This document shows positions 1 through 13,564 of a DNA stretch of 64,000 nt, one piece after another. The position numbers were made by a program, and so were the translations under genes. The notes beneath the pieces are model-generated. The model worked only from the letters and a program-made list of their open reading frames with translations. It was not told the origin of the DNA and searched no databases. The first letter of the stretch is position 1. Every line of letters begins with the position of its first letter. This DNA is from Macrostomum hystrix (taxonomy: Eukaryota; Animalia; Platyhelminthes), in assembly GCA_950097015.1 (NCBI GenBank), contig CATNEN010000008.1, positions 3,534,001-3,598,000 on the forward strand, read 5' to 3'.

Positions 1-2158
1 ACTGCTCAAATAATATATGTACATTTATGCCAATGTGCAGATAAAATAATGTATATATATGTGACCCACACCATATACAAGTGCAATCGTGTACCTTTCT
101 GACAATTCAACTACTGAGAGACTCACTCAATTCTTCACAAAATGCTGTATGTCTAATTTCCAGCTCAATAAATTATATATCCCATTGCTAAGCCTAGGCT
201 CTTCTCTGTTAAACCTCTCAAATCCAATAATTCTAATAAATCCAATGATCTGAAACATTTCTCAAATATACATTTGTGGACACTGTGGACATTTGATATT
301 TAACATGAAATATGCCCAAAACAAACAAATATAAAGGTAAATAATAATGATGGCTTTTTAAACTCAAGTTGCTCAACCTTTCCTCTCTTTTGTAAAAAAC
401 TGATTTTGTCAATTGGGAGTAGTATCAACCATAACCAAGATGAATCACATTATGTCAAGCATGCCACAGCATTGTCAATGATAGCATTTAGTCAAATAAC
501 TATTTATATACTGACATTGATATAGGATGCACGATATGATATGAAACCATACAAATAACCAAATGGTTAGCTATATAGGGGCCTAGTGACTACAAATTAC
601 AAAATGGATATACATATGGGGACTATGATAAAAAACAAAGGAATGTTGAAGTCTCAAGAATTATTATAGGAATTGGCTTGTTAAAAGTGTTTAAATTTGA
701 GCTTTGGGGCTGGGGCAGAATTAATTTTAATTATATGGCAGAAAAATACTTGTTTATTCTGCCCAAAAAATTTTATACATTAACTGAAAGCTGACTCACA
801 TTTATATTTCTGCTTGTACCTTAAGTGTTTTGCACCATCTCCCATACATTAATTTCTCTTCACTTTATACTAAATAAAAAATTCAAACTAATGAGTAACC
901 CAGAGTGTGATTTCGCATTTTGTCAACAAACTCCTTAGAAAAAATCAATTGAGTTCTGTGAATTAAATTATAGTCTAATACTTCTGTCACTAGAGAGCCA
1001 TGTCTCAGCCTAGCTGCATTTCAAATTATGCCATTTATCAAAATATCATTTTGTATACAAAATCAGGATACTAAGCTAGGCCCTACTAACTAATTCCAGT
1101 TTCTCCTAATTTGCACTTTGCAGCACTGCAAATTTAGACAAATACACAGATGCAACATGTAGGCCAACATACATATTTTGTGCAGACAATGCTTGGGCCA
1201 TGCCCATATGCCTATACCCATTTTGGCCATGTTGAAGCATTACTAGGTCTAGGTCATATGCGAGAAAATAGGTTGTCAAAAGACGTAGTTATTCTGGAAT
1301 ATAAGCCAAACTTTTTATATTGATAGCCAAAATTATTATTAATGCAATAGGCCTTTGCTAATTAGTAATAATGCATAGGGCCTAGGCCCCTACTAGCTCT
1401 ATAAAATCACTGACATAGCAGCATCCCCTAGATATGCAAGTGACACCGTCACACTCGTCTCCCTCACAAAGGTGGTTGGCAGCGCTCACGAGATATACTC
1501 ATTCCTTTAAGTGCATACCACAACACACCAATTCGAGTTGTCGTCTCCATTCGTCCGCCAGTCACAGTTACTAGAAAAATAATTAATGTCGCGACGTAAA
1601 TAATTTTCATTTTAAATAAAGATTAAGCGTGGTGCAAATCAATGCCGCTAATAAAACTAGGACAAAAATACTCCTTGGATTTTTACGCAAAAAAACATAT
1701 TTTTGTCATAAAAAGCGATTTTTTTTAGTTTTTTTGTTGTAAGTGATATACCATTTTAATTTCAATTTTATCCACACGGATCCGTGCCGATAATTTTCTG
1801 CTTATCCACACGGCAGCTTGTATGAAGAGGTGTAAAACTCTTTATATAAATATTGTTATTATTATTATTATTATTATTAATGCCGTGCCGTTAATTTCGA
1901 TTTTATCCACTCGGTTCTGTTCTCTGAAACAAGGCTCTTTCGGGTTTGAACGTTTTGTTGAACCCTCGAGCCAATAGATTGACAAAGTTGCTAGTGTGTT
2001 ACTGTTAGGACAGTGTTCTACATTTCGACCTACACATAACACATTCATTAACCAACATTAATGTCATCCTTTAAAACTGAGTTGGGATAAGTTAAATGCA
2101 TATTAATATATATATTATTTTTTGTCAATACTGACAAAACCTGAATATAGCCACTTAG

Positions 2159-2412
2159 CATACATATGCAACCTCCCAAATCTTAGCCGGCTGTGCAACT
2201 AGTTTTTGCTCTATTTACGACTTAGTTTGCTCTCATTTGCTCTATTTTTCTCTCCCCTTTTCCTCTTCTTCATGCCTTCCTTTTTTGTCCCTTGGTCCCC
2301 CCTATGATTTTTTTGTGCTTGGTTGATTTGATTGGTTTTTGTGACTTACCTTGCTTGGCCCTCTTTTCACCCAGCCGGTTCGGCCAGGTTGGCCAGGTGT
2401 TGCGCATGTATG
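2159..2412. mobile_element. hAT-like MITE (non-autonomous DNA transposon, 254 bp)
   Basis: Imperfect terminal inverted repeats CATACATATGCAAC (2159) and GTTGCGCATGTATG (ends 2412); exact 8-bp flanking direct repeat CCACTTAG at 2151-2158 and 2413-2420; 8-bp TSD and CA...TG ends are hAT hallmarks. Confidence 0.7.
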
Positions 2413-2546
2413 CCACTTAGGCAAGGCAGATACTGTTTGTTGTTGTCTAGTTTGTAAATATTTAAAAGTTGTACCATTTTTATACTTTAACCATTTAGTT
2501 ATTAGCCCTAGCTAAGCCTTAACAACAAACAACAAATGTATTATTA

Positions 2547-3690
2547 TGAGGGGTGTCCAAAAAGTAGTGGGAATTTTCAATGTAGCTCATAATTGGATTT
2601 AGACACATTAAATTCCTATACATTTTTTGAAAGCAGATTTATGTATCTCTGTAATACTTTTATAATTTTGCTTTTATCTTCTGGCATTCAAAAGTTATGA
2701 ACAATTTAGTGCAGTTCCCCAGGGTACAACTCACAGAAACTTTAACAAAAAGTCATTTAGTCGAAACATGACAACAAACTATCAGTCGTAATCCCATTCA
2801 AGTTCATCTTTATGTCAACTCAAATGTCCTTTTCATCAGGGATGGAGACCTTCTCCAAAGGTGTAGTCGCCTTTGCAGCTGATGCAATTCTCCCAGAAAG
2901 TATGCAACAAATCAATTGCATAAGCGCATTGCTCCTTGGAAATTGCAAAAACAAGGATGCACCAAACCTCTTCTTCAAGGCAGTGACGATTCCCGTAGAC
3001 TGCCTCAAAGCAGCTCCTTCAGTTTCGGAAAAAGACAAGTCTGGTGGCACGAAGTCAGGGAGTAGGGTAGGTGAGGCAAAAATTCAAACTTCATGCCCTG
3101 AATTGCCTCCATTGTCTTTGAAGCTGTGTGCAGTTGGGCATTGTCGTGGTGGAGAACTGAGGGCTTGATTCCACTGCGCCATTTATTGTGGATGTCAGCC
3201 TTGAGCTTCTTCAGAGACAAGATGTAGCACTCTGCATTGACAGTTGTGTTTGGCTCTAGCAAATCGATTGTCAAGGGGCCGTGACAATTGAAAAAAGCAG
3301 CAGCATCAGTGGATATCCGACATGTTTGCACAATCTTTGGATGCTTAAAATGCGCAAGTTGACAAATGTTTGGCTGAGCTGGCTTGCATCTAAAGCTTGA
3401 GATTGCCTGGCTTTGTTGATGCTTGCATGAGCATAGTTCTCATGTTGAGCCCATAGACATGCTCACACATTTCTGTAGGCATCATTGCATAAACTTAATG
3501 CAGAAAAAGTACAAAGCAAAACTTTCTTCATTGAAAGCCTTCAAAATGTCATCTTCTGTAAGTCGTACCCTGGGGAACTGTACTAAATGGCTCATAACTT
3601 TTGAATCCCAGAAGATTTTGGCAAAAAAATATTGCATATATTGATAAATCCGCTTTCAAGAAAAGTTAAAGAAATTAATGTATACTTGGC
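2547..3690 (-). mobile_element. Decayed Tc1/mariner element with long imperfect inverted repeats
   Basis: Left end TA|TGAGGGGTGTCCAAAAAGT resembles mariner termini; about 2620-2740 is an imperfect inverted copy of about 3555-3670; internal minus-strand transposase remnant. Confidence 0.75.
3005..3331 (-). pseudogene. Mariner-type DD34D transposase fragment
   Basis: Translation contains TVNAECY, LHHDNAQLHTA and FLPHLPYS, then a frameshifted LFPKLKE, matching mariner LHDNARPH / LPHPPYSPDL / FxxLK motifs; truncated and disrupted. Confidence 0.8.
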
Positions 3691-4717
3691 ATATAATCAT
3701 GGTGCACATGGTGGTCCTAGGCGCCACCTAGTGCACATGTGCACACAGTGGTCCTTGCACATGGCATGCACAGAATCAGTGCATAGATGGCGCACTGTTT
3801 GTTTTCTCAAAATTTGTTGTAGTGCACACTGTGCCACCTTCCTGACTCTATATTACAGGTCACTGTCTAGCTAATGTTTTATCTATATAGAACCAAAGCT
3901 GCCTCATACTGAGACTGAGACTGCAATAGCTGTAAAGAGTTTGAGGGAATGACTGATAGTCTACTATTCTATTGGATTGTTTACAGTGGTTAGATATGAT
4001 ATATAACATTGGTGGGAGTTTTAGACAAGTAGGATTTGGCACTGTAGACAAGTAATTCCATTTTAATTTTGAATAAGAAACTTAAGTTATTTTTGGGTTC
4101 TTATTATTCATAGATTTATATTCTTATATGGTGAATACATGAGTATGCATGAAAAATATCAACATTGTATGTCAAAAATAAGAAGAATATTTGTTCTCCC
4201 TACAATTGACTGCCTTAGAAAATACCTATCCAAATCATGGCTGATTTGAACAAACAAATGCAGTGACCTCTCATCCCTGAAGCCAGTCAGAGTCGTGGCT
4301 TTTCAGTGTGTTGCAACTTTGTTTAATATGTATATATATTTTTTTTCCAGACCTAATCTCAAGACTTTTTAATGCCTTAATAAACAAATATATATTTTGT
4401 CTCCAGTTTAATACTCACTTGACCCTTAAACAGTTGTAAAAAACTACGACAGCTGATTAGCTATATGCTTATGTAAGTACTGAGAAAACCTACTCTAATA
4501 AATGTTTATCTAACTGCTTTTAATCTATTTTACTAAAATTATGTCTAACTGATAATGGTAGCTTATAATTAGCTCTATAGTTATAATATATAAGTTAGTG
4601 TACATAATAGTTTATACAGATAACAGTCTAATCATCAAATAATCAAATAAAATCCACATACCTATAACTTACAATTTCTGATTTCAGTTAAAATAAAAAT
4701 AAAAACGGACAATAACG

Positions 4718-7700
4718 ATGACTCTTATACATGAGGACTGGTTTGACTTCGTCATCAATCCTAGTCAGTTGGATACATTGTTAGCCAATGGTTCTGCTTC
4801 TGACAAGCAGTTAATAAAGTACTTGCGTCATTTCTTGGATCATTCTAGGCAGTATGATGGAAAGGAGCAGGTGTGTTGCATTAAAAACATACTCGTTGGT
4901 TGGGGCAGGGTTGCAATTAAGCACCCTCATGTTCGGGATCAGCACTTTTCTAAATCCTCAGCTTGGGGATCGGTTCCTTCCCAGATCCTTAGTTTTTGGG
5001 TCAGCACTTTCTCAGATCCTCAGCTTGGGGATCTTTATGCCCACTAAAACAGAGCTTCACCCATATCCATTCCGTGGCATGCAGGGCAGCGAGTCGCAGC
5101 AGACTCAGGTCCTACTGGCCCTATCGGCCAAGATACTGGCCCAGCTGCACTATCGTCTGGGCAGAACCGCCCGAAAGCTGCCCATAGCCCTGGCGCATCG
5201 CCTATTCCTGTGGCTGTGCTCATCAGCTGGCCTGCCGGATCCCTACAATCCGCCAGCTGCTGATGCTGAATGCCTTGAAGCAAACGCCAGGTGGCTCTAC
5301 CAGCTGTATCACCGCTGGGCACTCAGGTGCCTAGTTGAGGAGAACTATGTGAAGAGGCCGCTAAGATCCATGGTTCAGGGTGTTGCCGGCATCACGGATC
5401 GATCTACCGAGTTGCACTGCGCCCAGTCCCAGGAGATTGCCGGCCATCTCATGGCTAGAGTAGATCGATCTTTGGAATGCCTCCTAAGCGAATTAAGGCT
5501 TAGTGACAGCGGCTCGGACACTGGGCACGTCTGCAGACCAAAGCCGAGCGCTTTCCGCGCGCCAACCCTGGCCGAACCGAATGTGAAGCCCGACTGGTCG
5601 GCTAGCGAACCGGTTGCCGAATCCTACTGGAGGTGATGAGGGTGCTCTGTTTTGTTGCAGCCAAAAGCCATTGTTTGTAAGGCATTGCTTTGACGACTTA
5701 ACCCCTTCTTGGTCCGCAGGTGCCTAGTGCATTTCGAATTGGGCCAGTACTACTTTATGCAGCGCCGCTACTCGCAGGCCTACGATCATTTTGCTGCCGC
5801 CGCCCCAGCCGCTGCCGACAGCAACAGCGAGGATGTTGATGATCAGGCTGAAGTGCCTCGTCAGCTGCTGGAGGCCTACCTGACGGCTATTAGGTATGAT
5901 TCAGCACTGGTTTTCTTGTGTTTTCTTCTTTTTCATCTGTCAATCATGTTTGTAATACATTTTAAGTAAATCCCGTTATTTTGTATCCCATATGCTTACT
6001 TTAATCAGTGTCATTATTTAATCAGTATTCAAATACTTCTAATCCTGATCCACTTAGTACCTACTAACAAAGACATGATCAGAAATCCAAATCATATTTG
6101 AATTCCCAATCGAATCGTAATAAAAATCCCAATCATCATTTTGAAAATCCCAAACATCATTTTGAAAAGTCCGATCATCATATTGGAAATCCCAATTATC
6201 ATGTTGGAAATCCCAATTATCATGTTGGAAATCACAATCATCATATTGGAAATCACAATCATCATATTGGAAATCACAATCATCATATTGGAAATCACAA
6301 TCAACATATTGGAAATCCCTATCATTATCCAGTTCGACCCCCTCCGCCTGCCAGGTCAGTGTCTCGCCAGCCGGATGCCCGGCCGCCGCTACTTCGCCGA
6401 CTCGACGCGTGCCGCGCCGCCTCCGGTGGTAGCTGCGACGGACTCGGCCGGCTGCTGCTTGAAGAAGAGCTGGCCGGATTTATTGGCCTCGGCCTGGACT
6501 CACCTGTGCCCGATTTCTACTGGGATCGCTTAGTAGAGGAGGTTAACGCTGGGGAAGCAGTTAGCGCGGAGACCAAATTCCAGGTGAGACCATTTGGGTT
6601 GCGAATTTTTTATTCACTCACTCAAACTGAAAGAGTCTGGATTTATGGCATTTGAGAAATTTGGCATCGATGTTGGGAGTTTGTTATCAGCGATTTATTA
6701 TATGGTTTCTAGGGATTTGGTGATTTAAATCTGAGTTTGGGGATTTTATCTGGTTTCTAGGGATTTGGTGATTTAAATCTGAGTTTCGGGATTTTATGTG
6801 GTTTCTAGGGATTGGGAGATTAAAATCTGGGTGTTTGGGGATTTCATCTGGTTTCTAGGGATTGGGAGATCCAAATCTGGGTGTTTGAGGATTTCATCTG
6901 GTTTCTAGGGATTGGGAGATCCAAATCTGGGTGTTTGGGGATTTTATCTGGTTTCTAGGGATTGGGAGATCCAAATCTGGGTGTTTGAGGATTTCATCTG
7001 GTTTCTAGGGATTGGGAGATCCAAATCTGGGTGTTTGGGGATTTCATCTGGTTTCTAGGGATTGGGAGATTCAAATCTGGTTTTGGGATTTTATCTGGTT
7101 TCTAGGGATTAGAAGATTCAAATCTGGTTTCGGGATTTTATCTGGTTTCTAGGGATGGGGATATTCAAATATGGTGTTTGGGATTTCATCTGGTTTCTAG
7201 GGATTGGAAGATTCAAATTTTTGTTTGGGGATTTCATCTGGTTTCTAGGCATTGGGAGATTTTAATGTGCTGGTGGAATAATTAGATTTAAGGATTCGTA
7301 AATTTTTTGTTGGGTTGGGGAGATTTTTATGTGGTCATCGAAATCAAGTCTACTACATGTAGCATGAGTTTTTTTCATATTTGAAACAGCGAATATAAGT
7401 TTCGTGTTTTGAGCTTCTGCTGCATGAATTAATTGACTCGTTCAATCGTTCAATCAATCAGGTTCGCACCTGCCGCTTAGTGCGCCAGGTTGCCGTCCAA
7501 TCGTTATTCGACGGCAGTTCCACTTCTGCCTCCTTCGGCTGCGCTCTGCTGGACTATCCGCGCCTGCTGGCTGCCAGCGGGGTCCCCGGCCTTCGCTTCC
7601 TGATTGCCGCTGCTGTCGCCGCCGCCGGCTCCGCTGCCTCAGCCAATCAGCAGCGGCGCAGGCAGTCTCTATGCAGGCTGCTGCGTCATTGCATTGGGCG

Positions 7701-10186
7701 GCTGCCAACGGCACCAAAGCAGGCAGATTTGGCCGCCTGGCCCTGGCAGGAAGACGGCCTTCTTGAACTGCGCGATGATGACATTGGCAACGCGGGGCCA
7801 GATGCTGAGCTAAAGGACTTCGATGACACGGACTTCGACATGACCGACGGGGACGATGATGAGGATAATTGCGATGATGATCGCCTGTTGAAGGTCACGG
7901 ACAATGACGACGACGTTGAAAGCTTTCACCGGGAGGTGGAGTCAGCTTCGGGACAGTCGGCTGACGACCTGCGCCTGCTGGTCAGCTACAGGCCGGGCGA
8001 GATTGCCGGCCTCGTTGAGCGGCTGTGCAGACAGCAGGGGGCTGGCTGGAGCCCGCAGTCAGTTGCTGGCCTCTGCCAGACTTGGCTGCTGCCGATCTCC
8101 AGGCATCACCAGCCAGTGCAGCCGCTGCTGCAGCATCAGCGGCATCAGCAGCAGCAGCACCTGGCTCCGGTTAATACGCCGACTGCCGCGGCTGCTGTTG
8201 TTCTGGCCGGCAAAGCCTCTATCCTACAGCGCATGGAAGAGTTCTCCCTAGCCAAAAGTCTTCTAGCCGCTCAGTCGCAGCAACAGCAGCAGCATCACCA
8301 GCATCAGTTGGCTGCGTTGCTATTGGATGCTAATAGTTGCTTAGCAACGGGACTGCCAAGGCCCGCAGATTTGGCGCCCGCCATCGAAGCGGCACTGCGT
8401 CAACTGCAGGATGGTGGCGGCGGCGGCGGCGGAGTCGCCTCCGAGGACCTCGCTGTGCTGGGCTCCTGTGTACTACTAGCCGCCGGTCGTCTGCCGCCGC
8501 AGTCGGCTGTGGGCTTGGCCGGTGGTGGCCAGCGGCAGCAGCAGCAACAGGCCAATGCTGCTAATTATTGCGTGGATTTTGCCAGGCTGCTAATGCTGGC
8601 AGCAGCCGATAGGGACGCAGCGACAGCCGCTGGAGCTTCGGGTACCGCGAGTTCGTCGATTCAAAAGGCACCGAGTCACACAGAACTGTGGGCTAGAGTT
8701 GGACGATTCGTTGTAACTCTGGGTGGTGGAAAGAGGTGTGTTGAGTCATTTTTTGCAATATTTTTTTGGCTGATGGATTGTGAAAATCGACACAAATAGG
8801 TCCTCTTATTAATCCACTAATTGGCCCTCTTATCTGTTAGTTAATTGGCCCTCTTATTTGTTTGTTATTAGGCCCTCTTATCTGTTAGTTAATTGGCCCT
8901 CTTATCTGTTAGTTAATTGGCCCTCTTATTCTGTTAGTTATTGGGCCCTCTTATCTGTTAGTTATTGGGCCCTCTTATCTGTTAGTTATTGGGCCCTCTT
9001 CAGTTAGTTAATTAAGCCCTATCTATCAATCCATTTTACCAGAAATGCCGCTGGTGCTCAAGTGCAAGGTGGCGGCGCCGTCGGCTCCGGTAGTCCGGCC
9101 GAGCTGGGCTTCGCTCGTCGCTGTCTTCACCGCCTGTTGCGCTGCCTCCGCTCCGAGCAGCACATCGACCTGCTGCTGTCCCTGCTAACTAAGCTCACCT
9201 GCCTAGCCAGCACTGATTTGAATTCGCCGGTTCACTCGTCCTGCCCGCAACTCTGGCCGGATCAGCTGCCGGTTCGCCTGCCCAGCGCCCTGCACCGGGC
9301 CGTTGCTCGGAGAGCTCTCGGCGACGTCCTAGACACAGCGCTTCGGCTTCAGCCGGCCAACAGCAACTGGCTGATGACCCGGGCTGATCTGGCCTACGCT
9401 GAGCACGAGCCTTCGCTGGCTCTTCGCTGCTTTCTGGAAGCGGCCATCGCCGCCACAGAACTGTTTGAAAGGCCGCTGCCAATCCAGTTGTTCAGCGACG
9501 AAGTTCTTCGACGCATGGCCCGCTGCTGTGAGCTCCTTGGCATGCGCAGCTGCGCCGGAATTCTCGCTCAGTCCGTAGCCGACCAGGTTCGTGTCTTCCC
9601 TCAATGTTACCCCTATTCATCTATCCTACTTCTTTTCTTAATTGTTTCCTGATTATCTTCCTATCTTATTATCCTCATTCTTCCCAATCATTTCCCAATC
9701 TTATCCTTAAAATCTTCTTTCCTCTTGTTCAGTTGATCTCCTAAATTCCAATATTTTTAGTCCCTAGCCTATCTTATCTCCCCGTTCTTCTCGATTATCT
9801 GTACATTTTATCCCCAACTGATACCGCAAACACACTGATGTTAAAATATTTTTCTCTGCGATTTTCGGCAGCATCTGTAATCCAATCTGACTGATCTGTT
9901 TCCTATCTCGCAGGCATCTGCAGTCCGCCTTCTCGCCGACACCACCGGCGCTTCTGATCTGTCTGATTCCATGCTGCCTTACCTGTGGGATCTCAGCCTG
10001 TTGGAGATCCTCACGGCAGCCAGTGCTCGCCGTGGCGCTCTAACTAAGCGAGAGAAATTTGTTCGCTCGGTGCGCGCCATGGAGCTTAACTCGTGCAACC
10101 GGCCCGACCTGCTGCACGAGGTCGAATCGGCTAAGAAGGCCGACTTTCTGCGCGCCTTAGCCAACATGGTGTTCGGCTGCATCTGA
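4718..10186 (+). CDS. INTS8: Integrator complex subunit 8, 7 coding exons, about 1064 aa
   Basis: Exons 4718-4870, 5085-5632, 5720-5893, 6355-6583, 7462-8735, 9043-9586, 9914-10186, all GT-AG and phase-consistent. N-terminal DWFDF resembles INTS8 WFEF; LSAKILAQLHYRL, HFELGQYYF, WLMTRADLAY, FSDEVLRRMARCCELL and the C-terminal YLWDLSLLEIL...ELNSCN...KKADFLRALA match INTS8 as recalled. Confidence 0.88.
6105..6330. repeat. 21-bp minisatellite in INTS8 intron 3 (AATCACAATCATCATATTGGA)
   Basis: About 10 tandem copies; explains the spurious His/Asn/Ile-rich ORFs on both strands. Confidence 0.9.
6700..7270. repeat. About 50-bp minisatellite in INTS8 intron 4
   Basis: Unit GGTTTCTAGGGATTGGGAGATCCAAATCTGGGTGTTTGGGGATTTCATCT, about 11 copies. 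Confidence 0.9.
8800..9015. repeat. 24-bp minisatellite in INTS8 intron 5
   Basis: Unit GGCCCTCTTATCTGTTAGTTAATT, about 8 copies. Confidence 0.9.
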
Positions 10187-10209
10187 TTCGATTGGTTGCT
10201 CAGAGGTGT

Positions 10210-11210
10210 TGCGTGGGCGGGTGCCAAGATGAGTGCGTGGGCGGGGTGCCTAGATGAGCGCGTCGGCGGGGTGCCTAGATGAGTGCGTGGGCGGGGTGCC
10301 TAGATGAGTGCGTGGGCGGGTGCCTAGATGAGTGCGTGGGAGCGTGCCTAGATGAATGCATGGGCGGGTGCCAAGATGAATGCATGGGCGGGTGCCAAGA
10401 TGAATGCATGGGCGGGTCCCAAGATGAATGCATGGGCGGGTGCCAAGATGAATGCATGGGCGGGGTGCCAAGATGAATGCATGGGCGGGTGCCAAGTTGA
10501 ATGCATGGGCGGGTGCCAAGATAAATGCATGGGCGGGTGCCAAGATGAATGCATGGGCGGGTGCCAAGATGAATGCATGGGCGGGTGCCAAGATGAATGC
10601 ATGGGCGGGTGCCAAGATGAATGCATGGGCGGGTGCCAAGATGAATGCATGGGCGGGTGCCAAGATGAATGCATGGGCGGGTGCCAAGATGAATGCATGG
10701 GCGGGTCCCAAGATGAATGCATGGGCGGGTGCCAAGATGAATGCATGGGCGGGTGCCAAGATGAATGCATGGGCGGGTGCCAAGATAAATGCATGGGCGG
10801 GTGCCAAGATGAATGCATGGGCGGGTGCCAAGATGAATGCATGGGCGGGTGCCAAGATGAATGCATGGGCGGGTGCCAAGATGAATGCATGGGCGGGTCC
10901 CAAGATGAATGCATGGGCGGGTGCCAAGATGAATGCATGGGCGGGGTGCCAAGATGAATGCATGGGCGGGGTGCCAAGATGAATGCATGGGCGGGGTGCC
11001 AAGATGAATGCATGGGCGGGGTGCCTAGATGAATGCATGGGCGGGGTGTCTAGATGAGTGCGTGGGCGGGGTGCCTAGATGAATGCATGGGCGGGGTGCC
11101 TAGATGAGTGTGTGGCGGGGTGCCTAGATGAGTGCGTGGGCGGGGTGCCTAGATGAGTGCGTGGGCGGGGTACCTAGATGAGTGCGTGGGCGAGTGCGTG
11201 GGCGAGTGCG
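10210..11210. repeat. 24-25-bp G-rich minisatellite directly after the INTS8 stop
   Basis: Unit GATGAATGCATGGGCGGGTGCCAA, about 40 copies. Confidence 0.95.
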
Positions 11211-11684
11211 CGAGTTTTTAGATCTGACCGTTTGCGGGTCAGGTCACTATATAGGTGGTGTAGGCGGGTGCCCAAATTAAAAGTTATATAACTCGTTTGT
11301 ATCGCATTCACACCATGAGTCGCAGCCTTGGATTTTGGAGCAAAGCCTTGAGAATAGTTATGTAAACTTATCAAAATTCTAACTTGCCTACTTTCATATC
11401 AAAAGTAGTGAGAAATGAGCATATGTTTTTTCGTTATCTTATGCATTTTTATGTAGGCCTTGTAAAATTATATTTTTTCCATTGTTTATTCGTATGTAGA
11501 AATAAAATAAGCCTTAAAAATAAACTATTGCTTAAGTAGTGCTTGTTCGCAAATTTCTTTGGTTTTAGAAATTTTGTTTTTAATTTTTACGAAACATTTC
11601 AGACCGCATCACTTGCGGTATCCCTAGATTCAATCCCACCTCTAACTGAATGCACTGATATATCCGCACCTACTCAAATCTGCC

Positions 11685-12990
11685 AGATCCCAGACAAAAT
11701 CCCCACATCGATCAGGTCCCCAGATAAAATCCCCACATCGACCAGATCCCAGATAAAACCCCTACATCGTCGACCAGATCCCCAGATAAAATCCCTACAT
11801 CGTCGACCAGATCCCAGATAAAACCCCTACATCGTCGACCAGATCCCCAGATAAAATCCCCACATCGATCAGATCCCAGATAAAACCCCTACATCGTCGA
11901 CCAGATCCCCAGATAAAATCCCCACATCGACCAGATCCCAGATAAAACCCCTACATCGTCGACCAGATCCCCAGATAAAATCCCCACATCGATCAGATCC
12001 CCAGCGAAAATCCCCAAATGGATCAGATCCCCAGATGGATTCCCCACATCGATCAGATCCTAAGAAAAAATCCCCACATCGACCAGATTCCCAGATAAAA
12101 TCCCCAAATGGATCAGATTCCAGATAAAATCCCTACAACATCGATCAGATCCTAAGAAAAAATCCCCACATCGACCAGATCCCCAGATAAAATCCCAACA
12201 TCGATCAGATCCCAAGATAAAATCCCTACATCGTCGACCAGATCCCAATATAAAATCCTCACATCGATCAGATCCCACATCGATCAGATCTCACATCGAT
12301 CAGATCCCACATCGATCAGATCCCACATCGACCAGATCCCACATCGATCAGATCCCACATCGATCAGAACCCCACATCGATCAGATCCTAGATAAAATCC
12401 CTACATCATCGACCAGATCCCCAGATAAAATCCCAACATCGATCAGATCCTAAGATAAAATCCCCACATCGATCAGATCCCACATCGATCAGATCCCACA
12501 TCGATCAGAACCCCACATCGATCAGAACCCCACATCGATCAGAACCCCACATCGATCAGATCCCACATCGATCAGAACCCCACATCGATCAGATCCTAGA
12601 TAAAATCCCTACATCATCGACCAGATCCCCAGATAAAATCCCAACATCGATCAGATCCTAAGATAAAATCCCCACATCGATCAGATCCCACATCGATCAG
12701 ATCCCACATCGATCAGAACCCCACATCGATCAGATCCCACATCGATCAGATCCCACATCGATCAGAACCCCACATCGATCAGATCCCACATCGATCAGAT
12801 CCCACATCGATCAGAACCCCACATCGATCAGAGCCCCACATCGATCAGATCCCACATCGATCAGAACCCCACATCGATCAGATCCCACATCGATCAGATC
12901 CCACATCGATCAGAACCCCACATCGATCAGAACCCCACATCGATCAGATCCCCAGATAAAATCCCCAAATGAATCAGATCCCTAGATAAA
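11685..12990. repeat. Complex CCAGATC / CACATCGATCAGATCC minisatellite (about 15-16-bp and about 30-bp units)
   Basis: Mixed tandem units of CCAGATCCC(C)AGATAAAATCCCCACATCGA and CACATCGATCAGATCC. Confidence 0.9.
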
Positions 12991-13564
12991 GTGTGGGATT
13001 TTTCAACTTCCAATTCGGAAGTTAAAAAAGAAACTGACTACTATTTTATTATTAACATTGTGCTGTAAGATGCAATGCGAAATCTATCTGAGCACAAACA
13101 GTTCTCTAAGGCATGGCGCTACTCGCTGAGTCGCTAGTCACTTGCCTCGAGTTCCTTCGAGAGAGCGCTCGTGCGCGTGTTTCCGCCTACCCCTTTCTAT
13201 AATAGCTTTAGTTGGCTATTATTTGAGTCACGGTGGAGTGGGTGGCGAACATTCTATTAATTAATTTATGAGTCACGCATGATCCATACCTTAAGAACCA
13301 TTCGATGCTGCTAAATATAGGCCGAGTAGTGAGGAATCTAATTATAGATGGTCTCGTATGTTTATTTTCTAAGAATTTTTTATATTATAGAAGCCAAACT
13401 GTTGATACTGAGAACCCCCACAAAATGTGACTTGCACTGCTCGTGCTGTTTGGTCTCAGCCACACAGCTGTAGCTCATATTTTTGAGCTTTTGGTTTTGA
13501 GCTCTGTGAGTGTTGACAAATGGCCATATTTGGTCAATGTGCTCAATTTGAGCAATTTTGAGCA

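Noticed and set aside
1380-1552. Short Cys-rich minus-strand frame (HLCEGDECDGVTCISRGCCY) near a CpG patch
   Set aside because: No in-frame start or credible splice sites and no recognisable domain.
1768-1912. TTATCCACA twice plus TTATCCACT, resembling bacterial DnaA boxes
   Set aside because: Context is eukaryotic, with no oriC features; more likely degenerate local repeats or TE subterminal motifs.
3700-3840. CTCF-like motifs (GGCGCCACCTAGTG; TAGATGGCGC) in a GTGCAC-rich patch
   Set aside because: Such motifs are common in transposon fragments, CTCF is reported missing from flatworms, and there is no independent support.
6098-6354. His/Asn-rich repeat ORF in frame with INTS8 exon 4 as an alternative exon extension
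   Set aside because: The upstream AGs checked (6082, 6332) do not give the phase-2 junction required by exon 3.
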